DNA of 64,000 nt from Candidatus Latescibacterota bacterium (GTDB lineage Bacteria > Latescibacterota > UBA2968 > UBA8231), in NCBI GenBank assembly GCA_964291625.2, contig OZ220090.1, positions 960,001 through 1,024,000 on the forward strand, written 5' to 3'. This document shows positions 30,001-38,940 of this stretch, piece by piece (the stretch's first letter is position 1; every line of letters starts with the position of its first letter). Made by a program: the position numbers and the translations under genes. The notes under the pieces are model-generated. The model saw only the letters and a program-made list of their open reading frames with translations. It made no database searches and was not told where the DNA came from.

Positions 30001-32227
30001 CCGGGTCCTCGGGGGTGGCGGAGCGCCTCGGCAGGAGCCGCAGCCGGCCCTCGATGGCGACGCGGCGGTCGGGCAGGTTGCGGTCGTGGGCGGGTCGGAG
30101 CTTCTCCCACTCGGACCCGAAGAGGCCGGGGTCGGCCAGGGCCCGGGTGAGGACCTGGTTGATCATCTCGCTCTGGCGCTGCACGTTGCCGAAGTCGACC
30201 CGGTCGGGCCGGTCCAGGGGGCTGTCGAGGACCGCCCGGCGGTCGGTGGTGGTCACCAGGTTGAGGGTCACCAGGCCCACGTCGCGCGCGATCCGGCCGT
30301 CCTCGATGAAGACGTCGTCGTCGAGGTAGCTGTCCCACGACAGGCCCTTGATGGGGCTGACGAGGTTGACGAGACCGTGAGGCTCCCGCCCCAACGCCGC
30401 GGCGGCCCCGGCGGCGTGGCGCGAGAAGCTGCGCCCGAGGGAGACGAAGAACCGGCGGTGGGCGGAGATGCGGGCGCTGTGCACGAGACCGACCTGGTCG
30501 GACTGGCTCGACAGGTCGAGGGCCAGGAAGAGATCGATGTCGAGGCTGTCCGGCTCCAGGCGGATGCCGAGGGAGTCGGGCTTGATGCGCCGGCGCTTGA
30601 GCTGCGCCCCGAGACGCTCCAGGTCGACGGACTCGAGGACCGGCCCGCCCCCCGAGTCGCCCAGCCGCACCCCCAGGGTGTCGAGAGGGATCCCGAGGGC
30701 GGCGGTCTGCCGCACCAGCTTGTCCACCTTCAGCGAGTCGGCGACGAAGCGTTTCGGCATGCGGTTGCGGAACAGGGGCAGCCGGCGCGCGTGCCGGTCG
30801 AGGAACTGGAACAGCCCCTGGTCGCCCTGGAAGTGGGAGCCCGTGGCCACCAGCACCATCGAGCGCGCCGGCGGATGGTCGCGCAGGTGGCGGGCCAGCT
30901 CCAGGAGGGCGGCGACGCCGCAGGCGGCCTCGGCGGCGGGCGCATCGGACGGCACCACCGAGAGGCCGTCGTAGTAGGCGTGGACGGCTACCAGCTCCTC
31001 CGAGAGCTCCGGGTCGACGCCGGGCACGCGGCCCCAGATCGCCCAGGTGGTGTGGCTCTCGAAGTCCATGCGCGCCCGCAGGCGCACCGGGAGCTCGCCG
31101 TCGCCGAGGCGCTGCCGCAGGCCCAGGGCCGCCTGCCGTCCGAGCCAGAACCGGGGTACGTCGACGGGGGTCCAGCTCCACTTGGTGCGCGACTCGAAGT
31201 TCGTCGTCTCCTCGGGCTCGACGAAGACGATCGCCCCGGCGCCGAGGGCGGCGGCGTTCTTCCAGTTCGTCCAGGTGTTGTACTCCATGAGGACGACGGC
31301 GCCGTCCATGACGTGTCCGTTGAAGTCGGCGTGCTCCCCGGCGCCGCCGTAGAACAGGTGTCCGCGCCGGCCCTCGGGCCCGAGGGTGTTGGTGCGCACG
31401 AGGTTCGGCCACATCGACTGCAGCGGGATCGTCTCCACCACGCCGCCGGACTCGTCGAGGAGCTCCATCGAGGCGCCGTGGTCCATGGGCACGACGATGT
31501 CGTAGGGCTCGCGCTGCACCTCCCGTACCCCGGCGGCGCGCAGCTCCCGCTCCACGAAGTCGGCGGCGAAGCGGTCCCCCGGATAGCCGGCGATCCTCGA
31601 TCCGTGGGAGGAGAGCTGGCGGATGGTGTGGGCGATCCGGCCGAAGGCGTCGTCTGCGGCCGTTTCCTGGACTAGCGCGGGGACCGGCGGAGCCGCGTCC
31701 GGCGGGACTTCCGCGGGGGCCGGTGACGCTTCTGTCGGCGGCGCGGCCGCCAGGGCCAGCGCCGGCAGGAGCGGCCAGCGGAACCTCGGGCCTCCTCGGA
31801 GGCGAGACCCGCGAGAAGCCCGCGGCACCAGCGCCGCCAGGGCCGCCAGGCCGGTGAGGACGCTGCGCATGCGCGGCCTGGGAGAAACCGGCGCCGCGGG
31901 TGCCGGCGTGGCCGGTGCCGAGAGAAGCGGCCTGCAGCTTGCGCCCGCGCCTCTGCGGAGCCGAGGTCCGCGTGAGGCCGGCGGCACCAGCGCGGCCAAG
32001 GCCCTCAGCGGTGGGAGAGCCCTGCCCCGCCGGGAGCGTGCCCGGGCCAGGACCGGCAGGCAACTGGCGCCCTCGGGCCGTCGAGGCCCGCCGGAGACCG
32101 CCGCCACGCGCGCCGCCAGGGCCGCCAGGCCGGTGAGGACGCCGCCAATCGGGCGGCGCGGACCGGCGGCGGAGGGTGGCGCGGGGCTCCGGGAGGCGCC
32201 GCGGCGGAGGCGGATGCCGTGGATCAT
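27083..32227 (-). CDS. Giant membrane protein: PA/M28-peptidase-like ectodomain fused to MacB/FtsX-type permease
   Basis: SRIAGYPG, AVHAYYD, GVAALLELA (M28-like); NMRRRVLRTGLTL and AVYERFREIGVYSSVGLAP..IAFLFIAE (FtsX). Start is ATG 32227 (ATGA overlap) or 31870. Confidence 0.8.
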   Translation of the reverse strand: MIHGIRLRRGASRSPAPPSAAGPRRPIGGVLTGLAALAARVAAVSGGPRRPEGASCLPVLARARSRRGRALPPLRALAALVPPASRGPRLRRGAGASCRPLLSAPATPAPAAPVSPRPRMRSVLTGLAALAALVPRASRGSRLRGGPRFRWPLLPALALAAAPPTEASPAPAEVPPDAAPPVPALVQETAADDAFGRIAHTIRQLSSHGSRIAGYPGDRFAADFVERELRAAGVREVQREPYDIVVPMDHGASMELLDESGGVVETIPLQSMWPNLVRTNTLGPEGRRGHLFYGGAGEHADFNGHVMDGAVVLMEYNTWTNWKNAAALGAGAIVFVEPEETTNFESRTKWSWTPVDVPRFWLGRQAALGLRQRLGDGELPVRLRARMDFESHTTWAIWGRVPGVDPELSEELVAVHAYYDGLSVVPSDAPAAEAACGVAALLELARHLRDHPPARSMVLVATGSHFQGDQGLFQFLDRHARRLPLFRNRMPKRFVADSLKVDKLVRQTAALGIPLDTLGVRLGDSGGGPVLESVDLERLGAQLKRRRIKPDSLGIRLEPDSLDIDLFLALDLSSQSDQVGLVHSARISAHRRFFVSLGRSFSRHAAGAAAALGREPHGLVNLVSPIKGLSWDSYLDDDVFIEDGRIARDVGLVTLNLVTTTDRRAVLDSPLDRPDRVDFGNVQRQSEMINQVLTRALADPGLFGSEWEKLRPAHDRNLPDRRVAIEGRLRLLPRRSATPEDPVPHGTVVILHDYYGDMWRPWIALADEAGNYTVKGLSKGKVGVRGFLLDKETGEVTFATDHGERAQKIGAWEQGLTKAETVWTTILFEAESVEIHDRIHAGFHFTFGNSSRSMKVLDDRGAVPRQYGFVMGDYLERMMVLYGEPGEPLRMVDKSMVLLNNAGAVDELTAQGAGFDLSQRRLIPYASLQSTKDMWRLDDVRMERMRQFAIENPRLDALHQRSRTALEKAEEAMAGLDWDRYAKYVREAIGLEYRAYPDVRGTQDDIILGLVFFVALLVPAAFFAERLLFAAPDIRRQIVWFTAIMLVIWMILAQVHPAFELAHPVIVLLALMVMVMAVFVITLVMSRFNSYMAELRQRAAGTASGDLSRSGTAYVAFMLGISNMRRRVLRTGLTLTTITMLTFTVLSFTSFKPAIRFVGFEKDWEPLYRGVLMHDIHWWSWEPPVYDYLFSHFGGSGTVAARTWMTMGFEEEGYIPMRFQGREAAALGVLGLTPEETEVTGIDRALVAGRWFDDPGESSTILAAPVAEQLGVPVEAVERGEGPLVRVFGQGWKVVGIYDPDLFEDVRDLNNEPLTPAKEKFEQFNMPGLDQMFMMNNFFLDADIDVGYEHLPSARLAVMPYGRLESLGAELMSVAIAFDEEVPSRELIEEYLTRATFRLFVGMPDEEGELRTYAYSSMGATSVEGLGALVIPMLIAALIVLNTMMGAVYERFREIGVYSSVGLAPVHIAFLFIAESCVYGVLGVVIGYVLGQVGGRVLLALDLLGGVSLNYSSTAAISSALLVIAVVLLSTVYPARTASQMAVPDVVRRWQLPDPVDDVWRFPFPFTVNVNAVESLCGYLHTFFTSYGHESVGRMYTERTRVLVEEGDGAKVHTVQLLLWLAPFDMGVSQYLQFTIAPTDHPRICEIDLYIERISGPVAFWQRLNLGFMLELRKQFLVWQTLKHDIQEEHAAHCREVAMAAAEVELEPAAEAIS

Positions 32228-32949
32228 GCCTCGCCCGTCTCCCGGCGGTAGAAGGCGTCCCAGTCGCGGGTCGGCTCGAAGCCGAGGATGCGGCGCGCCT
32301 TCTCCCACGTGTAGGTCCCGGGACCGCGGTAGGAGAGGACGGGGAAGCACTGGAAGTCGTCGGGGATCGCCTCCGCCTCGAGGGCCAGCTTGCAGATGTG
32401 GTGAAGGTCCTCCCAGACCACGGTGAAGGGGGGCGCCGCCCGCGGCCCGTCCGCCGGCTCCGGCGCCGGGCCCAGGCCGTTGAAGACGAAGTAGGCGGTC
32501 TGGATGCCGTGGGCCCGGGCGAAGACCCGGCAGATCTCGGCGCTCAGCCACTTGGAGAGCATGTAGCAGCTGCTGCCCGGAGCGGCCGGCGCGTCGTCGA
32601 CGGCGAAGTCGTGATCGTAGGCGTAGCGCAACCCCTGGGGCCCGGAGTGGATCACCTTGCCGATGCCCAGCTCGGCGGCGGCCTTCATCACGTGCCAGGC
32701 GCCGGCGGTGTTGACGTCGTAGCTGTCCACCGCATGGTCGCGGACGACGGTGAAGTTCATGATCGCCTCCATCCCCCGCGCCGCCCCCAGCACCTGCTCG
32801 TAGCAGCGCACGTCGACATGCTCGATGGGGAGGCCCGCCGGGTGAGGCTTCACGTCGGTGAGGCGCAGGTCGTAGTCCTTCTCCAGTCCCGGCGTGAGAT
32901 CGGGCCCCACCAGGCCGGAGGCGCCCAGGAAGAGGACCTTCTTCTTCAC
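32224..32949 (-). CDS. NAD-dependent epimerase/dehydratase (SDR)
   Basis: LGASGLVG, DVNTAG, YMLSK; GTGA overlap with the upstream gene. Confidence 0.88.
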   Translation of the reverse strand: MKKKVLFLGASGLVGPDLTPGLEKDYDLRLTDVKPHPAGLPIEHVDVRCYEQVLGAARGMEAIMNFTVVRDHAVDSYDVNTAGAWHVMKAAAELGIGKVIHSGPQGLRYAYDHDFAVDDAPAAPGSSCYMLSKWLSAEICRVFARAHGIQTAYFVFNGLGPAPEPADGPRAAPPFTVVWEDLHHICKLALEAEAIPDDFQCFPVLSYRGPGTYTWEKARRILGFEPTRDWDAFYRRETGEA

Positions 32950-33716
32950 GCGGCCCCCCGCGCCGCCCACTGGCGCCGGAAGTTGTGCCGCGGCTCGAAG
33001 CCCATCCCGCGGATGCCGTCGAGGAGGAACTTCGGGTGCGGCGGGAGATGGCATACGTGCCGCACCTGCCAGCGCCCGATCCAGTTGCGGGCTCCGGCGT
33101 TGTCGCCGCCCAGGGCCAGCTCGACGGCGGCCGCCGCATCCCGCGGGTCGAGCCAGCTGAGGTCCGGCTCGCTGCCCGCCGGTACCTCGTCCTCGCGGAC
33201 CAGGCGTCCCAGCCGCAGCACGGTGACGCCGAGAGCGTAGTCCCGGGCGAACTCGCGGGTGACCTGCTCGGCCAGGTGGTGGCCCAGGCGCCGCATGGCG
33301 GTCCCCGGCAGCGGCCGGTGCTGCTCGGAGATGTACACGTCGTCCGGCACCTCGTGGAAGACCTCCAGGGAGCTGCAGTGGACGAGGCGGGACACGCGGG
33401 CCTCGACGGCGGCCTGCAGCAGCACGCTGGTCCCCCGCGCGGCGCGGTCGAGGAGGGCGCGCTCGCCCTCGTAGGAGTCGCCGGGAGGAAGGGCGGGCGG
33501 TCCCGCGGGACCCGTATGGACGATGGCGTCGACGCCGCTCACGGCGGCGCGGGCGCCTTCGGGGTCGTGGATATCCGCGTCGACGACGTCGACGCCGGGG
33601 GCTTCGGGAGTCTCGCCGCCCGGGGGTTTCGAGACCCGGAGCCGGTGTTCCCCGGAGAGCCTCTGGAGGAGGATGCTGCCCATGCGGCTCGTACCCTCGG
33701 ATACAAGAATCCGCAT
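32946..33716 (-). CDS. Epimerase/dehydratase-like SDR with degenerate motifs
   Basis: MRILVSEGTSRMG, LVHCSS, VLRLG; no YxxxK (reads RRLGHH). Confidence 0.75.
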   Translation of the reverse strand: MRILVSEGTSRMGSILLQRLSGEHRLRVSKPPGGETPEAPGVDVVDADIHDPEGARAAVSGVDAIVHTGPAGPPALPPGDSYEGERALLDRAARGTSVLLQAAVEARVSRLVHCSSLEVFHEVPDDVYISEQHRPLPGTAMRRLGHHLAEQVTREFARDYALGVTVLRLGRLVREDEVPAGSEPDLSWLDPRDAAAAVELALGGDNAGARNWIGRWQVRHVCHLPPHPKFLLDGIRGMGFEPRHNFRRQWAARGAA

Positions 33717-33844
33717 GTCGGGGACGACTCCTGGGGGGCCCGCCGAGAGACGGCGCAGGGGCCTGCGGGCGAGTGGAGGGAAGGGCTGCCGGCAGAATGA
33801 GTTACCGCTTGCAGCGGCAACCTACCGACGCCCCGGAGGGGCTG

Positions 33845-34848
33845 TCAAGTTGATGTCACGAGCGCTCGCAGCCGGTCCAGGTGCCGGGGGAGATCGCGCA
33901 CGTGGTCCAGCAGGATCGGCAGCCAGCTCGCGTGCCTCGCCTTGAGCTCGGCGGAGACCAACGGGTCGCGCTCGGTGTCGATCCAGTCGTCGCTGGTGGC
34001 CCACTGCAAGGTCTGCACGACGCGGTGGATGCTGGTGTTGGGCTCGACCGGTGCCGAGCCGTAGCCGTCGAAGAACGCCGGGCGGAGTCCGGCCCGGTTG
34101 AAGAGCGACGCGTGCTTGTCCAGCAGCGCGATCTCCTTGGCCGGGTCGCTCACGCGCGGCGAGTCCCAGTCGATGGGCGTGGCCCGGTCGTGCGCGACGA
34201 GGACGTTCCACATGTGGTTGTCCCCGTGTCCGAGCGTGGAGGGCGCCGACCGCAGCGCCGGCGCTGCCGCCCGGACCACCTCGTGCAACTTGGGCAGGTA
34301 CGCCTCGTGGCCCGGCAGCAGGCGACGCAGCCCCGGCTCCGCCTCGTCGATCAGCGCGTGCAGTTCCTCGGCCGGGTCGTACGGGGTGAGGACGAACCGC
34401 TCCGGCCCCAGCTTCTCCTCGGCGAGGCCGGACGGGAAGCGGACGGCGTGGACGCGGCGAAACGCCTCGCCCACCAGGCGCCAGACCCGGCCGGTGTCGA
34501 GCCCGGTCTCGATCAGGTCGCCGAGGGTCTCGCCCTCGACGAACTCCTCCAGCGAGGCGCGCTCGGTGGCGGCCAGCAGCGCCGGCGCCGGAACGCCGTG
34601 GGAAGCGAAAACCTCGAGCGCGCGAAGGCGGGAGGGCGGGGCTTGCGCAGCTCCCGGAGCACGACCCGCCGCCCGCCGGCCAGGGTCACCTTGCTGATCC
34701 GGTTGACGAATCCCCGCCCGGTCAGCGGTGTCACCGACACGGCCGCCGGCAACCCGGCCTGCCGGAGCAGCTCTGTCAGCAGGGCCTCGGACGGAGTCGC
34801 GCTCGCACCGTCAGCCTGGTGTCCCGTCGCGGGAGAGGCGCTATCCAC
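33845..34848 (-). CDS. APH-family phosphotransferase; frameshift near 34608
   Basis: GRGFVN, VVLR, then GVPAPALL...EFVEG after the frame change, HGDNHMWNVLV, PIDWD. Confidence 0.8.
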
Positions 34849-36037
34849 CGGAGCCGTGGGCGGCGTCCTGTCCGCAGAAGTTCAGGGCCGTGGCCGCGTA
34901 GACCCGCGCCACCCGCACCAGCTCGGCCACGGGGACCCGCTCCTCGGTGGTGTGGGCGCCGGTCGCCGCCGGACCGTGGGTGACGGCGGGGATCCCGGCC
35001 TGGGCGCAGAAGCGGTTGCCGTCGTCGAGGAAGGGCTTGTCCGCCCAGGGCAGGGCGGCGCCGTCGTTGGCCTCCACCGCCGCCTGGAAGGCCTCCACGA
35101 GCGGGTCCTCCCGGCGCAGCTCGAAGGCCTCCCCCACGACCTGGAACTCCACGGCGGCCTCGGCGCCGAAGCGGGAGGCCACGGACTCGGCGAGGGCCGT
35201 CAGCTCCCCGCGGGCCTCCTCCCCCCGGCCCTGGGAAACCCACCGGCGCGTGCCCCGCAGCCGGCAGGCGACCGGCGCCTGGTTGAAGATCTCCCCCGAC
35301 TCGAGCTGACCGACGAAGACGGAGTCGCGGCCGCTGACCTCGTGGCGGATGCGGCCCAGGCGGGCGTCGAGGTCCTTCAGCTCCCCCACCAGCGCGGCCC
35401 CGGCGGCGACCACGTCCGGCGTCTCCGGGGGCCGCAGGACCTCGTGCACCGCCTCGCCCGGACGGGTCAGGCGGATGTCGAAGACGCCCATGCCGCGGCC
35501 GGCCCCCGGCAGCCGGTCGGCCAGGTACTCGGGCAGGAGCACGCCGTCGCCGACGTATCCCTCGCGGATCAGGGCCCGCAACTGGCGGCCGTCCCCCCAG
35601 GGCGCCTCGTGGTGGTCGTGGGCGGTGAGCAGGATCCCGCCGGCCCGCGGCAGGCCGGAGTCGCGCAGGGCCCGCATCGCCTCCACGGCGGCGGCGATAC
35701 CCCCCTTCATGTCCGACGACCCGGAGCCGGTGAGCACGCCATCGCGGACGGCCGGGGGCTCGAAGGGCAGGTGCACCGTGTCCAGGTGGCCGTTGAACTG
35801 CAGCCAGCGCCCCGGGGCGCCGCTGTCGAGACGGGCGACCACCGCCGGCGATTCCGGCCAGTCGGCGTCCGGCCGCTCCACCTGGAAGCCGTCCGCCCGC
35901 AACCGCCGATCCAGCCGGTCCGCCGCTTCCCCGGCGGATCGGGTCGGGCTCGGTGCGGCGACGAGATCCACTGCGGTTTCCATCAGGCGGGCCTCGTCGA
36001 CGGCCGCGGCTGCGGCCTGGCGGGCTGCGTCTGTCAT
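34841..36037 (-). CDS. M20 family (ArgE/DapE-like) metallo-amidohydrolase
   Basis: NGHLDTV, GSSDMKGG, GAHTTEE; the usual EE motif appears as DHHE. Confidence 0.88.
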   Translation of the reverse strand: MTDAARQAAAAAVDEARLMETAVDLVAAPSPTRSAGEAADRLDRRLRADGFQVERPDADWPESPAVVARLDSGAPGRWLQFNGHLDTVHLPFEPPAVRDGVLTGSGSSDMKGGIAAAVEAMRALRDSGLPRAGGILLTAHDHHEAPWGDGRQLRALIREGYVGDGVLLPEYLADRLPGAGRGMGVFDIRLTRPGEAVHEVLRPPETPDVVAAGAALVGELKDLDARLGRIRHEVSGRDSVFVGQLESGEIFNQAPVACRLRGTRRWVSQGRGEEARGELTALAESVASRFGAEAAVEFQVVGEAFELRREDPLVEAFQAAVEANDGAALPWADKPFLDDGNRFCAQAGIPAVTHGPAATGAHTTEERVPVAELVRVARVYAATALNFCGQDAAHGSGG

Positions 36038-36105
36038 GTCGTACTCCTGTCCACGGGTCCCTCCCCTTTCACCATCGCGGGAAGTTTGGTAGTCTAAGCC
36101 GCCCC

Positions 36106-37698
36106 ATGCGCCCGACACCACCACCCTACGGCATCATCTACAACTGGGACGGGGCCCCTCACGGGTACGACGAGGTGCCCCAGTCGATGGCGTCCTTCCT
36201 GGAGCGCGCGTACGCGCCCCTGGAAGAGACCCAGGTGGGCGCCCTGTTCTGGTGCGTCGGCGAGCACGCCGCGCGCTGGCCCTCCGAGACGCTGGAGCAG
36301 CTGGGCGACATCCACCGCCGGCGTTACGAAGGGGCCTATTCCCTGACCCACACCGAGAACATCCGCCTCATGCTCGAGCGCGGCGAGGACCCGCAGGCGG
36401 CCCTCATCGAGCGGGGCCGGAGCCTGGGCCTGCAGGTCTACGCCTCGGTGCGCATGAACGACAACCACTTCAACGGCGCCCAGATCGCCGACCTGCCCAC
36501 CCTGCACCACACCGAGCTGACCGAGCTGCGGCGCCGGCACCCGGAGTGGCTCCTCGGCTCGCGCACCTCCGAGTGGTTCGCCCTCTCCTGGGACATGTCG
36601 GTCCCCGAGGTCCGCCGCCACCGCCTCGACCACATCCGCGAGGTCTGCGAGCGCTACGACTGGGACGGCGTCGAGCTCGACTGGCAGCGCCACGCCTTCC
36701 ACCTGCCCGTGGACGACGCCTTCCGCCTGCGCTACGTCATCACCGACCTGCAGAGGGCCGCGCGCCGCTGCGCCGACGAGATCGGCCGCCAGCGCGGCAG
36801 GCCCCTCTTCGTCGCCGCCCGGGTGGCCGGCAACCTCCACGTCTGCGAGCAGATCGGCTACGACCTGCCCGCCTGGCTGGAGGAGGGCCTGGTGGACATC
36901 GTGATCCCCGCCGGCAACGGCGGCACCGACGACGACGTGGACGTGGCCGGCTTCACCGACCTCTGCCGGCCCCACGGCGTGGCGGTGTACCCCGGCTTCG
37001 ACGGCGGCCTCCCCGGCCCCTGGGTGGGGCCCGAGCCGGAGGCGGAGAAGGACCGCTTGCGCACCCGCGCCATCGCCGCCCGCCACTGGCACCACGGCGC
37101 CGACGGGATCTACGCCTTCAACTGGCACGCGGGCCGGGACAACCGCCGGGAGCTGCTCAACCAGGTCGGCAGCCCGGAAAGCCTGGCCGCCACCGACAAG
37201 GTCCACGCCGCCACCCACCGGGTCCTGCGGCACGAGGGGGAGTGGCGCGGCGCCTACGACAATGACCGCGTGCGGGGCACGGTCCCGGTGGCCCTCAAGG
37301 AGACGATCACCGGCGGCGGACCGGTGATCCACCTCGACGTGGCCGACGACTTCGAGACCCACCCGCCCCGCGCCCTGGAGCTGCGCCTCCACCTGAACGA
37401 CTGGGTCCGGGGGGACGAGGTGGCCGTGCGCTGGGACGGTGGCGAACTGGCGGAACCCACGGTGACCTACGACACCACCGGCGACCGCCACGGGCTTTCG
37501 GGGGTGCACGCCGCCGCGTGGGTGCGCTTCGCCCTGAGTGCAGGACAGGTGAAGGGCCGGAGGCACCGGGTCGAGGTCATCCTGCGGCAGCGGCACCCGC
37601 AGCTTGCCAGCGATCTCGTGCTGACCGATGTGGAGCTGGTGGTGGCCTACTCGGAAGCCCTGGCCGGCACGCTGCTCGGAGCCGCCGAATCCCCCTGA
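36106..37698 (+). CDS. GHL10-like TIM-barrel protein (putative glycoside hydrolase)
   Basis: IIYNWDG, SVRMNDNH, YDWDGVELDW, GADGIYAFN, C-terminal DVELVV. Confidence 0.7.
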   Translation: MRPTPPPYGIIYNWDGAPHGYDEVPQSMASFLERAYAPLEETQVGALFWCVGEHAARWPSETLEQLGDIHRRRYEGAYSLTHTENIRLMLERGEDPQAALIERGRSLGLQVYASVRMNDNHFNGAQIADLPTLHHTELTELRRRHPEWLLGSRTSEWFALSWDMSVPEVRRHRLDHIREVCERYDWDGVELDWQRHAFHLPVDDAFRLRYVITDLQRAARRCADEIGRQRGRPLFVAARVAGNLHVCEQIGYDLPAWLEEGLVDIVIPAGNGGTDDDVDVAGFTDLCRPHGVAVYPGFDGGLPGPWVGPEPEAEKDRLRTRAIAARHWHHGADGIYAFNWHAGRDNRRELLNQVGSPESLAATDKVHAATHRVLRHEGEWRGAYDNDRVRGTVPVALKETITGGGPVIHLDVADDFETHPPRALELRLHLNDWVRGDEVAVRWDGGELAEPTVTYDTTGDRHGLSGVHAAAWVRFALSAGQVKGRRHRVEVILRQRHPQLASDLVLTDVELVVAYSEALAGTLLGAAESP

Positions 37699-37749
37699 CC
37701 TCCCGCCTGGCGCCTCGACGCGCCTGACACCCGTGCGGCCTCCCCTCCC

Positions 37750-38853
37750 TTGAAGATCACCGCCCTCGAGCTGACGCCGGTGCGCACCCACCGCGAGATG
37801 GGACGCCGGGCCCCGAGCGATCCCGAGCCGGCCGAGTCCCGTCACCTGGTCGTGCAGCTCCACACCGACGCCGGCGTGACCGGCCTCGGGGAGATGTCGG
37901 ACGTCCCCTGGGATCTGGACGCCGGGTCCGCCGCCCGCCTGCAGGCCGCCCTCGAGCCGCTGCTGCTCGGCGCCGACGCCCGCCAGCGGGGCCCGCTGCT
38001 GGAAGGGCTGTCGCGCCGGCCCTGGGAGCACCAGGTCCTGTGCGGCATCGACATGGCCGTGCACGACGCGGTGGCGCGCCGGCTCGGCGTGTCCCTGGCC
38101 GCCCTCCTCGGAGGCGCTTTCCGCGACCGCGTCCCCTTCGCCTATCCCCTCTCCTGTTGCCGCGACGAGGCCGACGTGGCGGCCAACCTCGACCGCATCG
38201 AGCGCCGCCTCGGCGAGGGGCACGGCGCCTTCCGCTACTACTTCGGGATGGACCTGGACCGCGACGAGAGCCTCCTCGACCGGGCCCGCTCCCGCTGGGC
38301 CGACGGCATGAGGCTGACCGCCCTCGACGCCAGCGGCCGCTTCACCCCGGCGGATGCCATCGCGGCGCTGAAACGGCTGGCGCCCTTCGGCCCGGACGTC
38401 TTCGAGTCCCCGGTGCAGGGCCGGCACCGGGCGCCGGCGGAGGACTTCCTCGCCGTGAAGGCCGAGATCGACGTGCCGATCTCCGAGCACACGGCCGACG
38501 AAGCGACGGCCCTGCGGCTGGCCCGGTCCGGCGCCGTGGACGTCTTCAACACCGGCCTCGGGTACGCCGGCATCGAGCCCTGCCGCCGCACCTTCGCCAT
38601 GGCCCGCCAGTTCGGTCTGCGGACGCTGATGGGCAGCACCGTGGAGATGTCGATCGGCACCGCTGCCAGAGTCCACGTGGCGGCCGCCACGGCGAACCTC
38701 GATCACGGCTGCTACATGGCGGGACCCCTCGTGTACCACGAGGACGTCACCGTCGAGCCGGTCCGGTATGTAGAGGGCCAGGTGCTGCTGCCCGACGGCC
38801 CGGGGCTGGGCGTCGAGCTGGACCCGGAGAAGCTGCGGGCCCTGCGGATCTGA
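37750..38853 (+). CDS. Mandelate racemase/muconate-lactonizing enzyme family
   Basis: TDAGVTGLGE, IDMAVHD, LDAS, FESP, PDGPGLGVELD. Confidence 0.88.
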   Translation: MKITALELTPVRTHREMGRRAPSDPEPAESRHLVVQLHTDAGVTGLGEMSDVPWDLDAGSAARLQAALEPLLLGADARQRGPLLEGLSRRPWEHQVLCGIDMAVHDAVARRLGVSLAALLGGAFRDRVPFAYPLSCCRDEADVAANLDRIERRLGEGHGAFRYYFGMDLDRDESLLDRARSRWADGMRLTALDASGRFTPADAIAALKRLAPFGPDVFESPVQGRHRAPAEDFLAVKAEIDVPISEHTADEATALRLARSGAVDVFNTGLGYAGIEPCRRTFAMARQFGLRTLMGSTVEMSIGTAARVHVAAATANLDHGCYMAGPLVYHEDVTVEPVRYVEGQVLLPDGPGLGVELDPEKLRALRI

Positions 38854-38940
38854 GCGGAGCCGGGATCAGGCGCGGAGCGGTCTGCGTGGCTGGCCCGCAA
38901 GGATGCTTCGTCCGCACTCACTCCTGCGCGCTGATACCCC

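Noticed and set aside
27066-32063. Very long overlapping ORFs (1665 aa in an alternate frame, 1508 aa antisense) and similar ones throughout
   Set aside because: Shadow ORFs expected from high GC3: Arg/Pro/Gly-rich or antisense-mirror composition with no motifs.
32228-33139. 2018-aa length for the FtsX gene
   Set aside because: The first 304 codons overlap two real SDR genes in other frames.
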